Below, piece by piece: positions 1 to 11,875 of a DNA stretch of 64,000 nucleotides. How positions within the stretch are numbered: the stretch's first letter is position 1; every line of letters starts with the position of its first letter. The translations under genes and the position numbers were made by a program. This DNA is from Phyllosticta citribraziliensis (lineage: Eukaryota): assembly GCF_038025025.1 (NCBI RefSeq), contig NW_027117341.1:1302001-1366000 (forward strand), read 5' to 3'. The notes beneath the pieces were generated by a model. That model was not told the origin of the DNA. It did no database searches and worked only from the letters and a program-made list of their open reading frames with translations.

Positions 1-751
1 GGGTGATGAAAATCTCCTTGGTCGTGCCCTTGGCCGCATCCATGAAGCTGATGTTTGTCTGGACCTCGATGTTGTCGCCGACCAAAATTTCCTCTTGGAA
101 GGGATTCCTTGATCTCCTTCCACCCCTAGAGCTGCGGCCTCCCGTAAAGGCGCTGAACAGGTCTTCAAAGTTGATGTCTTGTCCAAACGGCCCACCAGGA
201 CCCGCGCCGCCGCCGAAGCCTCCAAATCCGCCTCCGAAGGGATTGCCACCGCCTGCACCGCTGGCGCCTGGGTCGAAACCACCTTGGCCAAATGCGGCGG
301 CACCGTAGGTATCATATGTCTTGCGCTTCTCGGCATCCGACAGCAGTTCGTATGCGGATTGGGCTTCAGCGAACTTGTCCTTGGCCCCAGGGTCCTTGTT
401 CGTGTCGGGATGGTACTTCTTTGCGAGACCGTAGTATGCCTTTTTGATTTCGCCCGCTGATGCGTTGCGGTCGACACCGAGAGTCGAATAAGGGTCTTTC
501 ATCGCAAGCGCCGAGGATGCGTGGAACAACTATTTCGTCTGGTCAGCCAAGCCCACAGGAATCGAAATGCGATGACTTACTCTTCGCTGTGCAAAGCCAT
601 GCGGCTTGCTGGCGCATTGAGTCGTCGGTCGAGTCCATGCTGGGGTTGCAGCAGTAGACAGCCGCCGAGGTTGAGGTGTTGATGTCGAAGCTCTGCTGCG
701 CAGCGGCAGCGCGTGCTTGAGGACGGTTGCCCGGGGGGCTGCGATGTTCAT
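1..751 (-). CDS. MDJ1: Mitochondrial DnaJ/Hsp40 co-chaperone (5' part; runs off the window start)
   Basis: Exon 1 is 751-581 (Arg/Ser-rich presequence). The intron is 580-530 (GTAAGT, GCTGAC, TAG). Exon 2 reads [36 protein letters not shown], a J-domain with HPD, followed by a G/F-rich linker. Confidence 0.93.
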
Positions 752-1462
752 TGTCGATTGATTTTGTGTAATAAGCGGCGTATGCGCGTCAGGAATCAAC
801 AATGTGGATGGCGATGGTGGAAGAAGTAGAGGCGCGTCGTAAAATCTGTGCCAAGAGCCTAATAGATTCTTCTCGATTCGCCGACGCTTCAGAGCGATGA
901 CATAGGCCGCGCCGCCCCAAGGTCCCGGCAGTGATCAGCGCGACCACCCATCTGGTGATTTACAAAACCCAATGTCGCCATGTCATTTGTACTATGCAAC
1001 CGTCTTGACACTTTCTACAGCCTTCCGAACCAAAAGAGCATCCCATGGCGCCAAACTCCACGTTGTCATGCGAACCTGGCCGCGCTGCACCTCCGCCCCC
1101 ACCGAAAAAAAGCCCGCCATGCCAAAGCTCAGCACGCGTCGCGTCTCCGCAAATCCTCAGCAGTTCCACGTCCCACGATATGTCCGACCTGCTAGTCCCA
1201 TCATACAAGTATCAACTGTGTGTCCTGGTTGGGAAGTGCAAAAGGGTATGAACTTGGGCCGTCGCCCCAAAATAATTTTGCCTTCCCAGCCACTGTGCCC
1301 CCATTGTGAAGGCCGAGGGTATCCTCATCCGAAACGCCAGTATACCAAATGTCCAGTATCCATATCTACGCCGTTATTGCAATGGGTTGTCGATGCCAAC
1401 TGGCAGTCGTAAAAAGCGACTCTCGCTGTCTTGTTGCAAGCTTTTTTCGAGGGCTGGAACGA

Positions 1463-2131
1463 TCACCGAGCTCGCGGCGGCGCGAAGCGCAGGCGGAATG
1501 CCTTGTCTGAAAGAAGTACTGATGTCAGAATTGACCAAGATTGTAACCAAGCACCTCGTCCGATACCTCGGCAAAAGCTTACCTTGCATTTTGACCTTGT
1601 AAAGGAGGTCGACAATTACTTCAGACTCGCTCACGGCGAGAGCATTGAAGTTTTTGCGCACAGCCGTTGCCAGCTGCTCCTTGGATATTCTCCTCTCGTT
1701 CTTTTTCCGCGCCATTGTCGGGGAGTATTTGCCGATGCCTCGCCCGAGGATTGCGGGGGCCAAGGGGTTCTTGAACGCGCCGGGAGCGTCGAGGCGGTGC
1801 GAGGAGCGGTAGTTCATGAGCAACGAAAGATCTTCGGAGGGCCAGGACATCTGCGGGAACAAGACGCGAAAGTGTGAGCAGGTAGGACACGCGTGTAGGG
1901 TCAAGGCAGTCGGTGACTTACTCCGCCACTCGAGGCGTTCTGCGTCTGTTGTCCAGCACCCCGACCAGTGTGTCGAGCAAAGTCTGTAGAGGCAGACATG
2001 GTCTCCTTCAAGTGACTGCCATTGGTGAGGTTGTTGGCGCCATTCCTTCGTCCGCGCTGCTTGTCTGGTTTGGCGGCTGTGCCGTCGGGACGCGGGTCGT
2101 GTTCGTGAGGACGAGATTTTGCCGGTGGCAT
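1463..2131 (-). CDS. SAP30: Sin3 histone deacetylase complex subunit SAP30-like, ~173 aa
   Basis: Exons 2131-1922, 1850-1583 and 1506-1463 join in phase across GT-AG introns. The C-terminus SKEQLATAVRKNFNALAVSESEVIVDLLYKVKMQDKAFRLRF resembles the SAP30 Sin3-binding domain. Confidence 0.85.
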
Positions 2132-2804
2132 GGTGAAAGGCCGCAAGAATTGGCCGGCTTAGTCGAGCAGAGTGGTCGAGGAATAACGCGAGAAGGGAGT
2201 GCTGCGAGGGCGTGTGAGCATTTCAGAGTGGTGAGATAGTGCGAGCGTGAGAGGAGCTAGCAGTTAGCGGCAGCTCGCATCAGTCGCTCAGGTCGGGCTC
2301 GCGACCAGAATGACGTGCCAGGGTCCACCCCCAACCCCGGTCGGCGCCAAAGGTTAAGCTTGGTTGGCCCTGGCCAACTCCAACACCACGCCCTGTACAT
2401 CATCTTCTCTCAGCTTTCTCCGTCGCCAGATTACACAAACCACGTCTCGACTGAGCGTACGAACTGGCATAAATGCTCCTCGAGGATAGCAGGAAGAGCA
2501 AGGATCTCGAATGCGGTGTTCGGAGCAACGAACAGAACTCGGATGGACGACACACAAAGGTAAACTAGGCAAGAGAAATCAGGACTACGTCCATCTTTGA
2601 AATCGAGCTTGGTAGACGGCTCGTAGGGCTCGGTGTCGTCCGTGACCAGAGTCTACGAGCAGGCAAGGCAGGGCCTGACATTGAGCCATGTTTGACAGCT
2701 TAGGCCAAGTATCATGAATTAAGCTTCATGGAGCCTTTGACCCACGAGGTGCTTGCTTCGTCGAAGTGACTGTCTTCGCTCCTCATAAATAGGTCCATCA
2801 TGAC

Positions 2805-3094
2805 TATAAATCACTCCTCTGCCTCGTCCAAGACTAAACTTTCTCATCCAACAACAAACACCTTGGCTTCCATCACTATTCATCCACACCTCTTTGCTTC
2901 TTCAATTCTTTGCATCCATTTCATCCATCTGCCGTAATTCACGATCCTGAGTTTTGAATCTGCCAACCTTCCCAGGCCTCGCTCTTCCGAGCCAAACACC
3001 GAGGTGAGCCACAGCTCCTTGGAGTCTCTACACTTGTGTTCTCATCTTTACTTCGGTTGCACCTCGAGCTCCATGTTGACCAGCCTCACTTCAG
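2805..3094 (+). promoter_or_regulatory. TATA box and probable 5'-UTR intron of the DUF6697 gene
   Basis: TATAAA at 2805-2810 is followed by a CT-rich leader. GTGAGC at 3004 and TTGAC...CAG ending at 3094 lie upstream of the ATG at 3193. Confidence 0.5.
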
Positions 3095-3192
3095 GTCATC
3101 AAGAGCAGAGCTTCAACTCTCACGCCTCACTTCCTTATCTTCCTTGTGCATTGGCCGTACTGCACCTCAAGCAGGCAATTGGACCAAGCAAC

Positions 3193-5205
3193 ATGGCTGC
3201 TCCACGCCAGGCGGGCCGAACTGCTCCAATGTCGGCTCAGTCTCACTCCAGTCTATTGAACCCGAAAGCCCAGAGCTTTGCCTTGGGTGAAGATTCCGAC
3301 CATGGCAGCTCTACGGCTGTTGTCCGCTATGACAGCGCCGACGACGACATTCACAATCAAAGTCTTGCGCAGCAGTTCCAGAATCTGGCCGTCACCTACG
3401 GAGACGAAATTCTCTCACTTCGCAAGGATGTGGAGCGGCTGAAGCAGGGCGGCTGGACTGTCACTTTTGGAAAGCAGCAGCAACAAGGTACTCTTGATTC
3501 GTCAGAGTTGGAAGCTACCAGGAAGCGACTTGAAAGCACCCACAAGTCTCTCAACGCTCCCATCTACACTGACGAACTCCCCAGCTCTCTTCTTAAGGCC
3601 ATTGAGGCCGCTCCCGAGGGAATGCACCGAGCCTCGGATTCTCCTGGCACCAAAATGGCACTTTCGAGATTCAGCCCGCAGAACACGGCTGCTGGAGAGA
3701 GGGTCCGCGGTTCCCCCACCACGCCCACGGCAGGATTGGGTCTCTCTCGCTACGCCCCCAAGGCACCCGTCGCGCCCAACAAAACCACTCAAACCGTGAG
3801 CGCTCAGTCGAATGGCTCCAAGCCCACTACCGTTCAGACGAATGGTTCTTCAGCCCGCGCTCAAGCCAGTGTCAACAAGGAAAACCACAAGCCCGATGCT
3901 GGCCAATCCAACGGCATCCAGGCCGTCGCCAGCAAGTCCAACGGCACCCAGAGCCCTCAGGTAACTCCCAACGGTGTCAAGAATCAAGCCACCAAAACCG
4001 AGAGGCCTTCGTCTCAGAGCGTCAAGGTCGAAGATGGCGCCGCCAAGGAACCCAAAGGCAACGAGCACGGCAATCAGGCCGCTCAGCCTGCGCCAAAAGA
4101 TGTCGAGATCCAGCCGACCAAGGCAGGAGCGCCTTTGCCAGAGAACGTCAAATCCAATGGTGAGGCGAACAAGGAGCCCGAACACAGCCAGCACGAGCAT
4201 CCCGACACTGCAGTCCCTACAACCGAAGATCCCTCGGCAGCTTTCATCAGGCGCTCGCCCAGCTGGCAACCACTCGGAGTGCGACGTCTCGCGCCTTTGA
4301 GCCCCGAGCACCTCCAAGGCATGCCCAACCCAAGCGACACCATCACTTTCTCCTGGGACTTCATCCGCGATCTGTTTGGCGGCAAGCAGTGGTCGCCCGG
4401 CTTCTACTACAAGGAGACGAAAGCAGGAGGCAGCCTTCTGCCCTCTCGTTCGTACTACATCCTCGATACCTCGCTGGACCCATACCTCCCGAAGCAGCCT
4501 GGCATGCACGGTGCCAAATTGACGGCGTACTTTAACCCCGAAAATCCGGAAGACATTGACGGCGAAGATGGCTCCAAGGCGTTTGAACGCGTGCCCCTCT
4601 TCATAACCACCACGCCTGTTGCTGTCGACGCTTCGAAGAATGAAGACCGCAGGGGCAAGCAGTACCAATACTTTGGCATGTACAGCCAACCGCGGTACAG
4701 CGACAAGCTAGACTTCGACCGCATGGTGGAAGCGGTCCCGCACCACGTCAAGATGCACTGGGCGACGCTGCTCGCGGACCCGGCGCGCCCGCCGTGGGTC
4801 ACAGCCATGCTGAAGGCGCACGTCGGCAACGAAGAGAAGCCCGAGTACGACGGCCCAATGCCCGATGGCACGGCGGGAGGCTGCGACCCAGCTGAGTTCA
4901 AGGCCGAGATGTTCAACTGGGTCGGCCAGTTCAAGGCGTGGAGCAAGCGCGCCAGCAAGCACGTCGGCCGCCTGTCCAAGGAGGCCGTCCTGGCCGCGTT
5001 TGAGCGCGAGGACACGGCCTGCCCGCCCGGCTTGCGCCTGTGGTGGGAGTACCTCGCCTGCGACGAGTGGGATGCCGGCTTCTACGGCATGCTGATCCAC
5101 GAGCAGGTCAAGTTTGAGTGCCGCCGTGCGGGCGACCCTCGCTTCAAGCAGCCTTCGGTCGACCGCTCGGCGTTGGACATGATTGAGGAGTTTCCGACTT
5201 CCTGA
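3193..5205 (+). CDS. Hypothetical protein with a C-terminal DUF6697-like domain, ~670 aa
   Basis: This is a long single ORF with a low-complexity N-terminal half. The C-terminal motifs GGKQWSPGFYY, PYLPKQPGMHGAKLT, YQYFGMYSQPRYSDKL and LRLWWEYLAC match my recollection of fungal DUF6697 proteins. Confidence 0.75.
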   Translation: MAAPRQAGRTAPMSAQSHSSLLNPKAQSFALGEDSDHGSSTAVVRYDSADDDIHNQSLAQQFQNLAVTYGDEILSLRKDVERLKQGGWTVTFGKQQQQGTLDSSELEATRKRLESTHKSLNAPIYTDELPSSLLKAIEAAPEGMHRASDSPGTKMALSRFSPQNTAAGERVRGSPTTPTAGLGLSRYAPKAPVAPNKTTQTVSAQSNGSKPTTVQTNGSSARAQASVNKENHKPDAGQSNGIQAVASKSNGTQSPQVTPNGVKNQATKTERPSSQSVKVEDGAAKEPKGNEHGNQAAQPAPKDVEIQPTKAGAPLPENVKSNGEANKEPEHSQHEHPDTAVPTTEDPSAAFIRRSPSWQPLGVRRLAPLSPEHLQGMPNPSDTITFSWDFIRDLFGGKQWSPGFYYKETKAGGSLLPSRSYYILDTSLDPYLPKQPGMHGAKLTAYFNPENPEDIDGEDGSKAFERVPLFITTTPVAVDASKNEDRRGKQYQYFGMYSQPRYSDKLDFDRMVEAVPHHVKMHWATLLADPARPPWVTAMLKAHVGNEEKPEYDGPMPDGTAGGCDPAEFKAEMFNWVGQFKAWSKRASKHVGRLSKEAVLAAFEREDTACPPGLRLWWEYLACDEWDAGFYGMLIHEQVKFECRRAGDPRFKQPSVDRSALDMIEEFPTS

Positions 5206-5850
5206 GTGCGCTGGAGATGCTGTTGTCTGCCGTTCGCAGGTAGTTGGTCAGACACCTCAGACTCGGAGACTGCACGACTAAACGACCATCTTGCTGACGG
5301 GCGGGGTGGTTCGCGACTTCCTTCTCATCACCCACCACCCCTTCCCTCCCCTGCGACAGCTTATTGAACCACTCGGCCAAGAAAGCCGACAACTGCAGAT
5401 TCAAAAAAGCAACTATGTCGCCGGCATATTGGCCTCACCCATTCTGATTACGACATTCTACGACAGTCATTTGCGCTTGATTTTCTCTTCTAGCACGGTA
5501 CGATGCGATTCACCCCACATTCCTCTGGTTCATGATTTTTTGGCGGCGATTGATACCACGTGGGCGGGTGAGGGCCTGGTAATTTGCTCGGCCATTTTGC
5601 GGATTGGTTTTGCCATTGGCTGGAGGAGGGAGGTTTCTTCTTGGAGCGAAAAAGGGGATCGGAATGGTTGGAGCTGGATCTTAGGAATGGCTTTCAGGTG
5701 CGGCAGCTGATAGCAGAGGTACTTAGTACTACGACACAAAAACGGGAGATTTCGAGGCTTCTTATTCTTGGACATGGACTCCGTGCCTAGTCGACCAGAT
5801 GATGCGGTGATTGAAGATAGCCTAGATTGACAAGCTCTGAGACTTTGCGA

Positions 5851-7469
5851 TTAAACGTCGCCGGCCCACCTCTCCACAAACGCGCGGCCCTCCCTGCTCC
5901 CCGCCAAATCCATCCTCTCGCCCAACCCAGGCATATAACTACTGACATCGCCAATCCCCACCTCCAACCCCTCGATGCCCCTCACGACCCTGCGATTGCC
6001 GAGCGAAAGGTCCTTGAACTCGGAGTTTGCCAGCAGCGCGCCGAGCAGCTCCTGCATCTCGAGGTTGCCGTTGCCGACGGCCTGGCCGATGCTCTTGACG
6101 ACGGCGGCCTGCGTGGCCGACTGGTGCAGCAGCAGACGGTTCTGGCGCTCCAGCGTCGACTCGGCGAGCGACTGGCGCGCCTGCGCGGGCGTCGTCTTTC
6201 CGGGGGCGGGGATGGACATGTCGAGGTGGCGCAGCAGCTCCTCGGTGGCTTTGGACAGCTCGACGACGCGCGTGGCCGTGTCTTTGCCGCGGCTCTTGGA
6301 CGGCGAGGAGGAGCTGGGGAGAGATAGTGGTGGTGGTGGGGCGGTAGATTGCATGGTCGTGATGTAGAGGTCGGATATCTCGGTGAGTGTGGCGTGGAAG
6401 GCGCGGAGGTCCGTGGCGTGGGTGCAGAGGTGCGAGAGCCGGTGCGTCATGTATTCGACGGTCGACAGAATGTAGTCGAGCCAGCGCTGTTGGAGTCGTT
6501 GTTGTTGCGTCTGGCTCTGCTCAATCGACGCGTTGATGGGCCCGCGGAACTCGTGGTCGACGCTCATTTCCGCGACTGATTGGATTTCAGCGTGCAGAGT
6601 CTCGAGCTCTTCTTTGAGTGCTCCTTTCTCTGCTTGCGCCTGTTCGAGTGTCCGGTCGGGGACATTCTTTCGCGACGCGCTGCGCAGCCGTTCTTGGAAT
6701 ATGCGGTCCACGCGCGTACGGATGCTGGCGCAGCGGAGGGAAACGAGGGCGTTGCCGAGCTGCTCCACCTCCTTTTTCTCCGAGCTGCCATTGGCGGCCC
6801 CGTCTAATTTTTTGGACAGCTCGCCGAGCGCTCCAAACTTGCGGTCATCCGAAGCGAACCGTTCACCGGCCAGGGACGAAACAGAGTGAGCGCTCGCCTT
6901 GGACTGCTTCGAAAACGACGTGACGCGCTCGGTTATGGCATCAGTCAGCCCTTCAATGGCGAAATCTACTTGGGCTTTTTCGGCGGCGTATTTCTGCTTT
7001 CGTTCTTCCATGCGCCGTCGGAGCTCGATTCCTGGTTCAGCCTCTTGCTTTTGCAATTCCCGCAGGGCGTCCATCTGGGCTTCCAGAGTCTTGGTCTGCT
7101 GGAGGATGTTTGCCGTCGACGCCTCCAAGGCCGTGATTGCAGCTCTCAGGTCATCATCCAAAATGGGCTGTATATTTTTCAAGTCGTTCTTGTTCCTCAG
7201 TGATGGATCCTTTTCGCACAGCTTTTCGTATCTTGCAAGGGCATTAGGACACGTGACTTGGCTTGTTGAGCGATTCTCGTGGACACATACAGATCGAGCT
7301 CTTCTTTGCTCAGCAATGTATTTTGCTGGAGATACTGGTCTACCCAGGCAACAGCATCATCGCGAGTCTTGACGGACTCAAAAGCCCACTGAACGTCGTC
7401 TCGCGTCAGAGGAATTCGTCGCTCGCGCAGGACGGCAAGAAGGTGGTTGAGCGCTTCAGAATCGGCCAT
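5851..7469 (-). CDS. Coiled-coil protein, probable augmin subunit HAUS3-like, ~519 aa
   Basis: Exons are 7469-7291 and 7231-5851, with a 59-nt intron (GTATGT, CTAAT, AAG). The N-terminus [12 protein letters not shown]...[26 protein letters not shown] is followed by long coiled coils. The gene model is solid but the family call is by eye. Confidence 0.7.
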
Positions 7470-7673
7470 GGCGAGGACGAGGTCGGCTTCTCTTGCTCGA
7501 GAAGGATTCTGAAGGATCGGGGCTAGCTGCACGGCAGCAATTCGTAACGAGCGATGGTTCTCCAGCTCGGCAGTGTTGTTGTCGTCGGGGCAGATGGCGG
7601 CCGACGTCGGGTGGTCGGCGTCTGTCGGTGCCGGGCAGCCACTCGGCCCGATCGGGAGCCAAATTGGAGCGCG

Positions 7674-7687
7674 ACGCGTCAACGCGT
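7674..7687. promoter_or_regulatory. Tandem MluI cell-cycle boxes (MCB, ACGCGT x2)
   Basis: ACGCGT occurs at 7674-7679 and 7682-7687, inside the 311-bp divergent gap and about 95 bp upstream of the thymidylate synthase ATG. Confidence 0.7.
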
Positions 7688-7780
7688 CTCTCGTGTCTGA
7701 CTCCAAAACACCATTCCTGCCATCACCACCTCGACGTACCGTATCGCCAGAGAAAACCAGCAGAAAACGAATCTATCATC

Positions 7781-8785
7781 ATGCAGTTGCCCGCCGGTGC
7801 CAATGGCGACGCTCCTGCGCCCCCTCGCCACGAAGAACACCAATACCTCGATCTCATCCGCCAAATTCTCGCGCACGGCGAACACCGCCCTGACCGCACC
7901 GGCACAGGAACCTACTCGCTTTTTGCACCACCACAACTGCGATTCTCGCTATCCAAACCCTCAGACGACCCCTCAGCCGCACCCGTTCCGGTCCTGCCAC
8001 TCCTCACAACCAAGCGGGTCTTTCTGCGCGCCGTCATCGCCGAGCTGCTCTGGTTCATCTCGGGCAGCACGTCGTCCAAGCCGCTGGCAGACGCCGGCAT
8101 CAAGATCTGGGACGGCAACGGATCGCGGGCGTTCCTGGACAGCGTGGGGCTGGGCCACCGCGAGGAGGGCGACCTGGGCCCCGTGTACGGGTTCCAGTGG
8201 CGGCACTTTGGCGCCGAGTACGTCGACTGCCACGCCTCGTACGCGGGCCAGGGCGTCGACCAGCTGGCCGACGTCATCGACAAGCTGCGCCACAAGCCCT
8301 TCGACCGGCGCATCATCATGAGCGCGTGGAACCCGGCCGACCTCACCAAGATGGCCCTGCCGCCGTGCCACATGTTTGCGCAGTTCTACGTCAGCTTCCC
8401 GGGCGCGCGGCGCGGCGAGCGTGGCGAGCAAAACGAGGCAGAGCCGAGGCAGAAGGGCGTCCTGCACACGCTGCTGTACCAGCGCTCCTGCGACATGGGC
8501 CTCGGCGTCCCCTTCAACATCGCCAGCTACGCCCTGCTCACGCACATGCTGGCCCACGTCTGCGACCTGGTGCCCGGCTCGCTGACGCACACCATGGGCG
8601 ACGCGCACGTCTACCTCGACCACGTCGACGCGCTCAAGCAGCAGCTCGAGCGCGAGCCGCGCGCCTTCCCGGAGCTGGCCATCGCCCGCGAAAAGGGTGG
8701 CAGCATCGACGGCTGGGAGGTGTCGGATTTCGAGGTCAAGGGGTACGAGCCGCACAAGTCGATTGCCATGAAGATGTCGGTGTAG
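7781..8785 (+). CDS. TMP1: Thymidylate synthase, 334 aa, intronless
   Basis: Hallmark motifs are [56 protein letters not shown] (catalytic Cys), [18 protein letters not shown] and GDAHVY. Confidence 0.98.
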   Translation: MQLPAGANGDAPAPPRHEEHQYLDLIRQILAHGEHRPDRTGTGTYSLFAPPQLRFSLSKPSDDPSAAPVPVLPLLTTKRVFLRAVIAELLWFISGSTSSKPLADAGIKIWDGNGSRAFLDSVGLGHREEGDLGPVYGFQWRHFGAEYVDCHASYAGQGVDQLADVIDKLRHKPFDRRIIMSAWNPADLTKMALPPCHMFAQFYVSFPGARRGERGEQNEAEPRQKGVLHTLLYQRSCDMGLGVPFNIASYALLTHMLAHVCDLVPGSLTHTMGDAHVYLDHVDALKQQLEREPRAFPELAIAREKGGSIDGWEVSDFEVKGYEPHKSIAMKMSV

Positions 8786-9067
8786 ACGCTTTTTCTTCCA
8801 TGTGTGTTGGGTAGGTGGTTTGTTTTGCATGGGTTTGGCGTTATGGAGATACACCGACGTGGCTTGGGAGCAAAGGCCGTGGCACGAAAAATACAATTCG
8901 GGGGTAGATACGTAGGAAGCACATCCGCTCTGACAAGCAATCAAGACGGGAGGGAACCAATACACAGGCATTTGAATACGTTGCTTCTGGAAGCGGAGAG
9001 GGCCTTTCTCGGCATATGTATTTGCATATACAAAAAGATCAATATTTCGTTCACCACGCTCATCGAC

Positions 9068-9068
<1 letters not shown>

Positions 9069-9100
<32 letters not shown>
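9069..9100. repeat. C32/G32 homopolymer
   Basis: There are 32 consecutive C on the + strand. Confidence 0.95.
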
Positions 9101-9104
<4 letters not shown>

Positions 9105-9668
9105 TCCTCCCCCTCCGCCACTCCCTCCCCGCAGCCCTCAGCCCCTCCTCCCCATCAACAAGCACACACCACCCCTCGCCGCCCCTGCCCCATCTATTCC
9201 CAAACAGCGCCGCCTCGAACGGAGGCCTCCTCTCCCCTTTCCCTTCCTCCCCACCCAAAACAAACGCCTCCACCTCCGCATCAAACGTCCCGGGCTGCAA
9301 CCACACCGCCCTGACGCCCGCCTCCTTCGCCTCGCGCAGCAGCGCCAGCGTCGCGCGCGGCGGCGTGACGACGCTGAGCGCCGTGTCGGCGGGCGCGGGC
9401 AGCGCGGCGGGCGAGGGGAGCGTCGCGTGCGGCGTGTTGCTGGCGCCGGCGGTGATGGTGGCGGCGCGCGGGTTGAGCGGCGTTACGGGGAGGGAGTGCG
9501 CGAGGTACCAGGCGAATACTGGTGGGGGTGTCAGCTGGAGTTGGGAAGGGGGGGGGGGACAAACGCACTCTTGTGCCCGAACTTCGTCGGGTCGGAACTG
9601 GCGCCGGCGACGGCGAAGCGCGGGGAGGCGAAGAAGGTCTTGAGCGCTTGCGTTGCGGCGGCGTCCAT
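9100..9668 (-). CDS. CoA-binding domain protein (YccU-like Rossmann fold), ~172 aa
   Basis: Exons are 9668-9569 and 9518-9100, with a 50-nt intron (GTGCGT, GCTGAC, CAG). Motifs are FAVAGASSDPTKFGHKIFAWY, VTPLNP, LSVVTPP, VWLQPG and GWCVLVDG. Confidence 0.9.
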
Positions 9669-10408
9669 TGCGCGGGGGTTGGGTCGTCGTCCCGTCGTCT
9701 TTCTGACGGGACAGACAGAGCGGGGTGCTGTTGCTGTCGGTTGTGTGTATGTATGTGTGCGCCGGCCGGCTGCTGCGTTGGGAGGTGCGGGTGATGGGTG
9801 TCAAGTTTGATGTCTTCGGCGAGCCAACCAACCTCGTCTTGATAGATGGGTGTGTCTTGCTGTCGTTGTCTGTGTCTGGTCGTCGATGTCTCTGGTCCGT
9901 GGACGTCGGCCAATGGATGTGGTGGCCTAAGGCACCGAGCCCCTCTTCCCCAGCCTACCTAGCCTCGCCTCGCCATAGGGCACGCTAAAATAGTTGCCGC
10001 CCCCCGGCCCCATCCCATTCCGTCCACCACGCGACGAACAGTGCGGGCGGCAGCCATCCGTCCGGCCGTCCGTTCGCCGTCCCGGTTCGCGCCACGAACG
10101 AACGGTCCGCGGTGCGGTCAGGTCCCGTCGACGACGAGTGAGGCGCTCCAGGGATGGACCTGGCAGCCATGTTGACGACCAGACACCATGGGGCGGAGAT
10201 GTGAAGGGTGGGTTTGGTGTATACATAGACTGTTTTGGTTGTACAGTGTGTGTGTGTATGGAGAGTGACTGCGCAGTCAACGAATACCTAGGAAACCCGC
10301 AGAAACAACTAGAAGTAGCTGAAGCTCTGTAGACAGCGTGCCACGACCAACCAAACCCCTTCGACCGCCAGCCAGCCTTCTACCACCCACCATCCTCTCA
10401 TCTCGTGA

Positions 10409-11480
10409 CATGGTGCGATGCTGGGTGGGCTCAGTTATATGCATCAGACCGCTACGTAGCCTCGGGCCAAAAGGGGGAAAAGCATTCGGGAAGAAGGATC
10501 CGGGCATAGGAAGGACGGCCAAAGGATTAGAGTTGGGTGTTGTGTCGTGTCGTGTCGTGTCGTGTTGAAGCAAGGGAGCGCATGGGCATGGACGCGACGA
10601 CGGCGTGGGAGGGGATACGCGCGCGCGTGAGCGGTAGGGGAGGGAGGGAGGCGGGCAGTTTTTTGAGGTGCGATGCCTGGCCGAGCGCTTCATGGGAGGA
10701 TCGATGTGTGTGCGAGGGACACATCACATACACATGTTTGAGAAACTTGTTTGGATTGTGCAAAGGCTGTGGAATTTATGATTAGATTACGTGATCTGTC
10801 TATCTCAGAGGCAGACAGACGAGGAGAAGAGAGAAATAAATAATCGTGACAGACAGGAGCAAAGAAATGAGAAGAGAGAAGAAGAGACGGAGATTCCGAG
10901 GCGCAAGGTAAAATGTTCAGACGCCAAAAGATATGAAGTGAGGGTAGCTGAGCATGTGATGAGGAGGTGGTCAAAATCAATGCTTTTGTGTTGGATGAGA
11001 TGGAAGCAAGCAGATACTCGACGGAGGAGCAAGGAAGACTGAAAAGAGAAAGAGAGGATCAGAGAGAGATCGCCCCTTAGCGCCATGCGACACGATCCGA
11101 CGCGTTACGATGCTGCAAGCAACGGGAGACGTCGATGGCAACAACCGATGCGGTGCAGGAGCGCAGTAGCGGTGAAAGGGATAGGAGGATGTGTAGAATG
11201 AGGTGATGAGTAAAAGTAAAATGTGTAGATGCGTGTAGCAAGTCCGCCCACCAGACCCCTGGCTCAGACCAACACCCAAGGAGAGATAGAGAAAGAGAAA
11301 AAGAGAAAAAGAAAGAGACAGATACGCGAGGAGGATCATGTAGGAGGACAGGAGATCAAGGAAAAAAGGGGGGCTCGGAGATAGGTATGTAGCCTGAGCT
11401 GTCGCATCTCTCGATCTATCCACCATGATCCCACACATACATCAAACCTGACACTAACCAATGAACGGAAGCTCCTTCAG
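10409..11480 (+). ncRNA. Putative ~1 kb fold-back RNA segment ending at a branch point and 3' splice site
   Basis: Nested helices pair 10409-15/11421-27, 10429-42/11385-99 (G-U rich) and 10533-42/11270-79 (10 bp perfect). CTAAC is at 11454 and CAG ends at 11480. Confidence 0.4.
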
Positions 11481-11875
11481 CTGGCGGGCGGAATGGACAA
11501 GCAAGTCGGCGATATCGGCACAAGGGAGAGATAGAGAGAGACGGAAATGTACGAACGACCCAGCTGGCTAGCCGCCTGGCTGCGAGTGGCAAACCCCGTC
11601 AGGTCACCACCCCACCATACACCTGGATTGGTTGACTGGTTGGTCGGTTGTCGTGTGAGTGAGTCGATGCCGTCGGTGAATGGTGCGGGAGAGATGAGCC
11701 CAGGAGGAGGAGAGGAGGGCGACAGGCACAGGACCGGGATCGCCACGGCAGCCGATTGGTCGGGGAACATGAGATTTGGCTTTCCATCCACGGCATGTCC
11801 GATGGAAGGGGAGTGAGTGAGGGAGGGGTTGGCAGCAGCAGCAGGAATATGCAACTCCACCACCACCACCAACCC

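Noticed and set aside
5732..5742. MSE-like Ndt80 site CGACACAAAAA
   Set aside because: It lies between two convergent 3' ends and not in a promoter. I saw no clear MSE upstream of the NDT80-family gene.
7973..9121. 382-aa antisense ORF over thymidylate synthase, and similar antisense ORFs over other genes
   Set aside because: These are shadow ORFs caused by high GC at third codon positions.
10955..11042. C/D-box snoRNA-like GTGATGA...CTGA
   Set aside because: There is no terminal stem and no recognisable rRNA guide, so it is likely a chance match in purine-rich sequence.
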